Source: an uncultured Oscillospiraceae bacterium (GTDB lineage: Bacteria > Bacillota > Clostridia > Oscillospirales > Acutalibacteraceae). From it: a DNA stretch of 47,801 nt. The stretch's first letter is position 1. The number at the start of each line of letters is the position of its first letter. The stretch spans positions 1 to 47,801 of the forward strand of contig CAJKBW010000010.1 of the NCBI GenBank assembly GCA_905198295.1, read 5' to 3'. Under the pieces are notes generated by a model. That model made no database searches, had not been told where the DNA came from, and worked only from the letters and a program-made list of their open reading frames with translations. Shown here piece by piece: positions 45,694 to 47,801 of this stretch. The position numbers and the translations under genes are program-made.

Positions 45694-47139
45694 ATGCCAA
45701 TGCCCATTCTTGCCGCCGCGTCTATCCCCACCAGCGTCCTGATCACCGTCGTGGTGGTCGTCCTGCTGGTATTCAGCATGATTCTGGTGATCGTGTCCCG
45801 GTTCCGCCGCTGTCCCTCCGACAAGGTGATGGTCATCTACGGTAAGGTCGGTCAGAACAAGGACGGCACCGCGCGCTCGGCCAAGTGCATCCACGGCGGC
45901 GCGGCGTTCATCATGCCGGTGGTGCAGGATTACGAATATCTCGACCTGACCCCGATGTCGCTGAGCGTCGATCTGAAAAGTGCTCTTTCGCGGCAGAACA
46001 TCCGTATCGACGTCCCCGCCCGCTTCACGGTGGGCATCTCCACCGAGCCCGGCACCATGCAGAACGCCGCTGAGCGTCTGCTCGGCCTCAAGGCGCAGGA
46101 GATTCAGGAACTGGCCAAGGACATCATTTTCGGCCAGATGCGTCTGATCATTGCGACGATGCAGATCGAAGAAATCAACACCGACCGTGACAAATTTCTC
46201 GAGGCAGTTTCCGCGTGCGTGGAAAGCGAGCTGCGCAAGATCGGCCTGCGGCTGATCAACGTCAACGTCACCGATATTTCCGACGAATCCGGCTATATCG
46301 AGGCGCTCGGTAAGGAGGCCGCTGCCAAGGCGATCAACGAGGCCCGCATCCAGGTGGCCGAACGCAACCGCGAAGGTTCCATCGGTGAGGCCAACGCCGT
46401 GCGCGACCAGCGTATTTCGGTTGCTGCTGCCAATGCGGCCGCCGTCAATGGTGAAAACACCTCCAAAGCGGACATTGCCAAATCCGACGCCACCCGCCGC
46501 GAGCAGGAAGCCGACGCTCAGCGCCGCGCTGTAACGGCCGAAAAGCTGGCCGAGGCCAAGGCGAAGGAAGAAGCCTACGCCGCGCAGGAGATGGCCGAAA
46601 AGGCCCGTGCTGCCCGCGAACAGGCGACACAGGAAGCCGATATCATCGTCAAGGCCCGCATCGACAAGGAGCGCATGGTCCTCGAGGCCGAAGCCGAAGC
46701 CGAGCAGAAGCGCCGGCTGGCCAAGGGTGAAGCGGACGCTATCTTTGCGAAGATGGAAGCGCAGGCCCGCGGTATTCAGGAGATCCTCTCCAAGCAGGCC
46801 TCCGGTTTTGCCGAGGTCGTCAAAGCGGCTGGCGGCGATCCCACTTCGGCCGTGCAGCTGATGATCTCCGACAAGATCGAGGAGCTCACCCGCATCCAGG
46901 TCGATGCGATCAAGAACCTCAACATCGACAAGATTACCGTGTGGGACAGCATGAACGGGCAGGACGGCTCCCCAACAACAGCGAATTTCCTTTCCGGCAT
47001 GATGAAGTCCATCCCGCCGCTCAGCGAGACCTTCAAGATGGCCGGGCTGGAAATCCCCACCTTCCTCGGCAAGGAAATCAAGCCCGAGGAAAGCGACAGC
47101 ATAGCCGATGCGGCTGCGGACGGCAAACCGCAGGCATAA
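45694..47139 (+). CDS. floT: Flotillin (SPFH/band-7 family, FloT/YuaG-like); ATG 45694 with AAGGAG RBS
   Basis: N-terminal TM, SPFH domain, long Ala/Glu-rich coiled-coil EA-repeat region, typical flotillin C-terminus. Confidence 0.9.
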   Translation: MPMPILAAASIPTSVLITVVVVVLLVFSMILVIVSRFRRCPSDKVMVIYGKVGQNKDGTARSAKCIHGGAAFIMPVVQDYEYLDLTPMSLSVDLKSALSRQNIRIDVPARFTVGISTEPGTMQNAAERLLGLKAQEIQELAKDIIFGQMRLIIATMQIEEINTDRDKFLEAVSACVESELRKIGLRLINVNVTDISDESGYIEALGKEAAAKAINEARIQVAERNREGSIGEANAVRDQRISVAAANAAAVNGENTSKADIAKSDATRREQEADAQRRAVTAEKLAEAKAKEEAYAAQEMAEKARAAREQATQEADIIVKARIDKERMVLEAEAEAEQKRRLAKGEADAIFAKMEAQARGIQEILSKQASGFAEVVKAAGGDPTSAVQLMISDKIEELTRIQVDAIKNLNIDKITVWDSMNGQDGSPTTANFLSGMMKSIPPLSETFKMAGLEIPTFLGKEIKPEESDSIADAAADGKPQA

Positions 47140-47152
47140 TCGTACACCCACG

Positions 47153-47189
47153 CCGGGCCGGGGTTATACTCCCCGGCCCGGTTTTTTTC
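47153..47189 (+). terminator. Rho-independent terminator after flotillin (11-bp GC stem CCGGGCCGGGG..CCCCGGCCCGG + T7)
   Basis: Verified base by base. Confidence 0.7.
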
Positions 47190-47223
47190 GGCGCTTTGCC
47201 GGCAGGCTGCGCAGCATATACAC

Positions 47224-47258
47224 CAAAAAAGCGGGCAGACCAAAAGGTCTGCCCGCCC
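47224..47258 (-). terminator. Rho-independent terminator after nrdR (GCGGGCAGACC-aaaa-GGTCTGCCCGC, T-run on minus strand)
   Basis: Hairpin + A6 on plus strand immediately 3' of nrdR stop. Confidence 0.6.
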
Positions 47259-47261
47259 GCT

Positions 47262-47726
47262 TTATTCGCCTCTTTCGCCGGACATCAGCCGGCTGATTTC
47301 TTCATGAAAACTGTTGATGTCCTTGAACTCCCGATAGACCGACGCAAAGCGGACATATGCCACCTCGTCGATATCCTTGAGCTTCTCCATCGCGTATTCG
47401 CCTATCCGGCGCGACGTCACTTCCCGCTCAAGCGAATTCTGGATCTGCGCTTCTATATCATCGATCACCTTTTCGAGCGTCTCAATGGATACCGGCCGCT
47501 TCTGGCACGCCCGCAGCATGCCGGTAAGCAGCTTATCCCGATCAAACGCCTCCCGTGATTTATCCCGCTTGACAACGATGATCGGCAGACTTTCGATGAT
47601 TTCATAGGTCGTAAAGCGTTTGCCGCATTGCAGGCATTCCCTGCGGCGCCGAATCCGGCTCCCCTCATCCGTAGGACGGGAATCCATCACTTTACTTTCC
47701 GCATAACCACAAAACGGGCATTTCAT
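47262..47726 (-). CDS. nrdR: Transcriptional repressor NrdR (zinc ribbon + ATP-cone)
   Basis: MKCPFCG...C-x2-C zinc ribbon and ATP-cone; highly conserved sequence. Confidence 0.95.
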   Translation of the reverse strand: MKCPFCGYAESKVMDSRPTDEGSRIRRRRECLQCGKRFTTYEIIESLPIIVVKRDKSREAFDRDKLLTGMLRACQKRPVSIETLEKVIDDIEAQIQNSLEREVTSRRIGEYAMEKLKDIDEVAYVRFASVYREFKDINSFHEEISRLMSGERGE

Positions 47727-47801
47727 TTCCATCACCCCTGGAAATTTTTTGCGGACTGTAAAGTTAAATGAAAGTTGAGGACCCGTCAGCCCTTCTGGTA
47801 C

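Noticed and set aside
1-47801. CRISPR arrays, rRNA genes, transposases, integrases, restriction-modification or toxin-antitoxin pairs
   Set aside because: I found no regularly spaced repeat-spacer arrays and no 16S/23S/5S signatures. No integrase, transposase, methyltransferase or small toxin/antitoxin gene pair could be identified. The only repeats are the short iteron-like and heptamer clusters reported as findings.

Overview
This is a high-GC (about 60%) Firmicutes/Clostridia chromosomal segment from an endospore former: it carries spo0A, spoIVB, cwlD and CotF-like coat genes, and the gene order resembles gut Oscillospiraceae/Ruminococcaceae. It consists almost entirely of conserved housekeeping and sporulation loci. 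The recognisable genes, in order:
- reverse rubrerythrin with a PerR regulator
- the conserved yabM(MOP flippase)-mazG-hup-yabO block
- mtaD-like deaminase, purine nucleoside phosphorylase (PNP), a zinc-ribbon protein, uridine-kinase-like protein, hemZ-like radical SAM, MBL hydrolase, relA/spoT and recJ
- a GNAT acetyltransferase
- a TetR-controlled TIM-barrel isomerase plus Gfo/Idh/MocA oxidoreductase module
- tRNA-Ser(GGA)
- yaiI, sirtuin (cobB), MATE efflux, a lipoprotein and a uracil/xanthine permease
- DUF4364-like protein, two CotF-like coat proteins and a GH116 glycosidase
- a membrane protein, spo0A and spoIVB
- a Cys-rich hypothetical, YoaK, a polysaccharide deacetylase, a UMF1 MFS transporter, a second Gfo/Idh/MocA, CYTH, radA, cwlD, and an amino-acid ABC transporter (ATPase/permease/SBP)
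- a DUF1836-nfeD-flotillin locus and nrdR.

I found no CRISPR array, rRNA, transposase/integrase or recognisable defence system. The only foreign-looking DNA is two short low-GC stretches. One is at 1-1130 (an XRE repressor, a small HTH protein, hairpins and iteron-like repeats), cut by the window edge. The other is at 20590-20875, next to tRNA-Ser, holding an orphan ORF, a GTGAAAT/ATTTCAC repeat cluster and a 45-bp perfect palindrome.

The most hypothesis-rich items are:
- the TetR-gated isomerase/oxidoreductase module with a perfect 14-bp palindromic operator
- the DUF1836 (MerR-like HTH) gene with an operator palindrome in its promoter, upstream of an nfeD-floT pair that has an unusually long palindrome-rich spacer
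- a 459-bp gene-less high-GC gap upstream of recJ.

CDS coordinates follow the ORF track. Coordinates of motifs I located by hand may be off by 1-2 nt.
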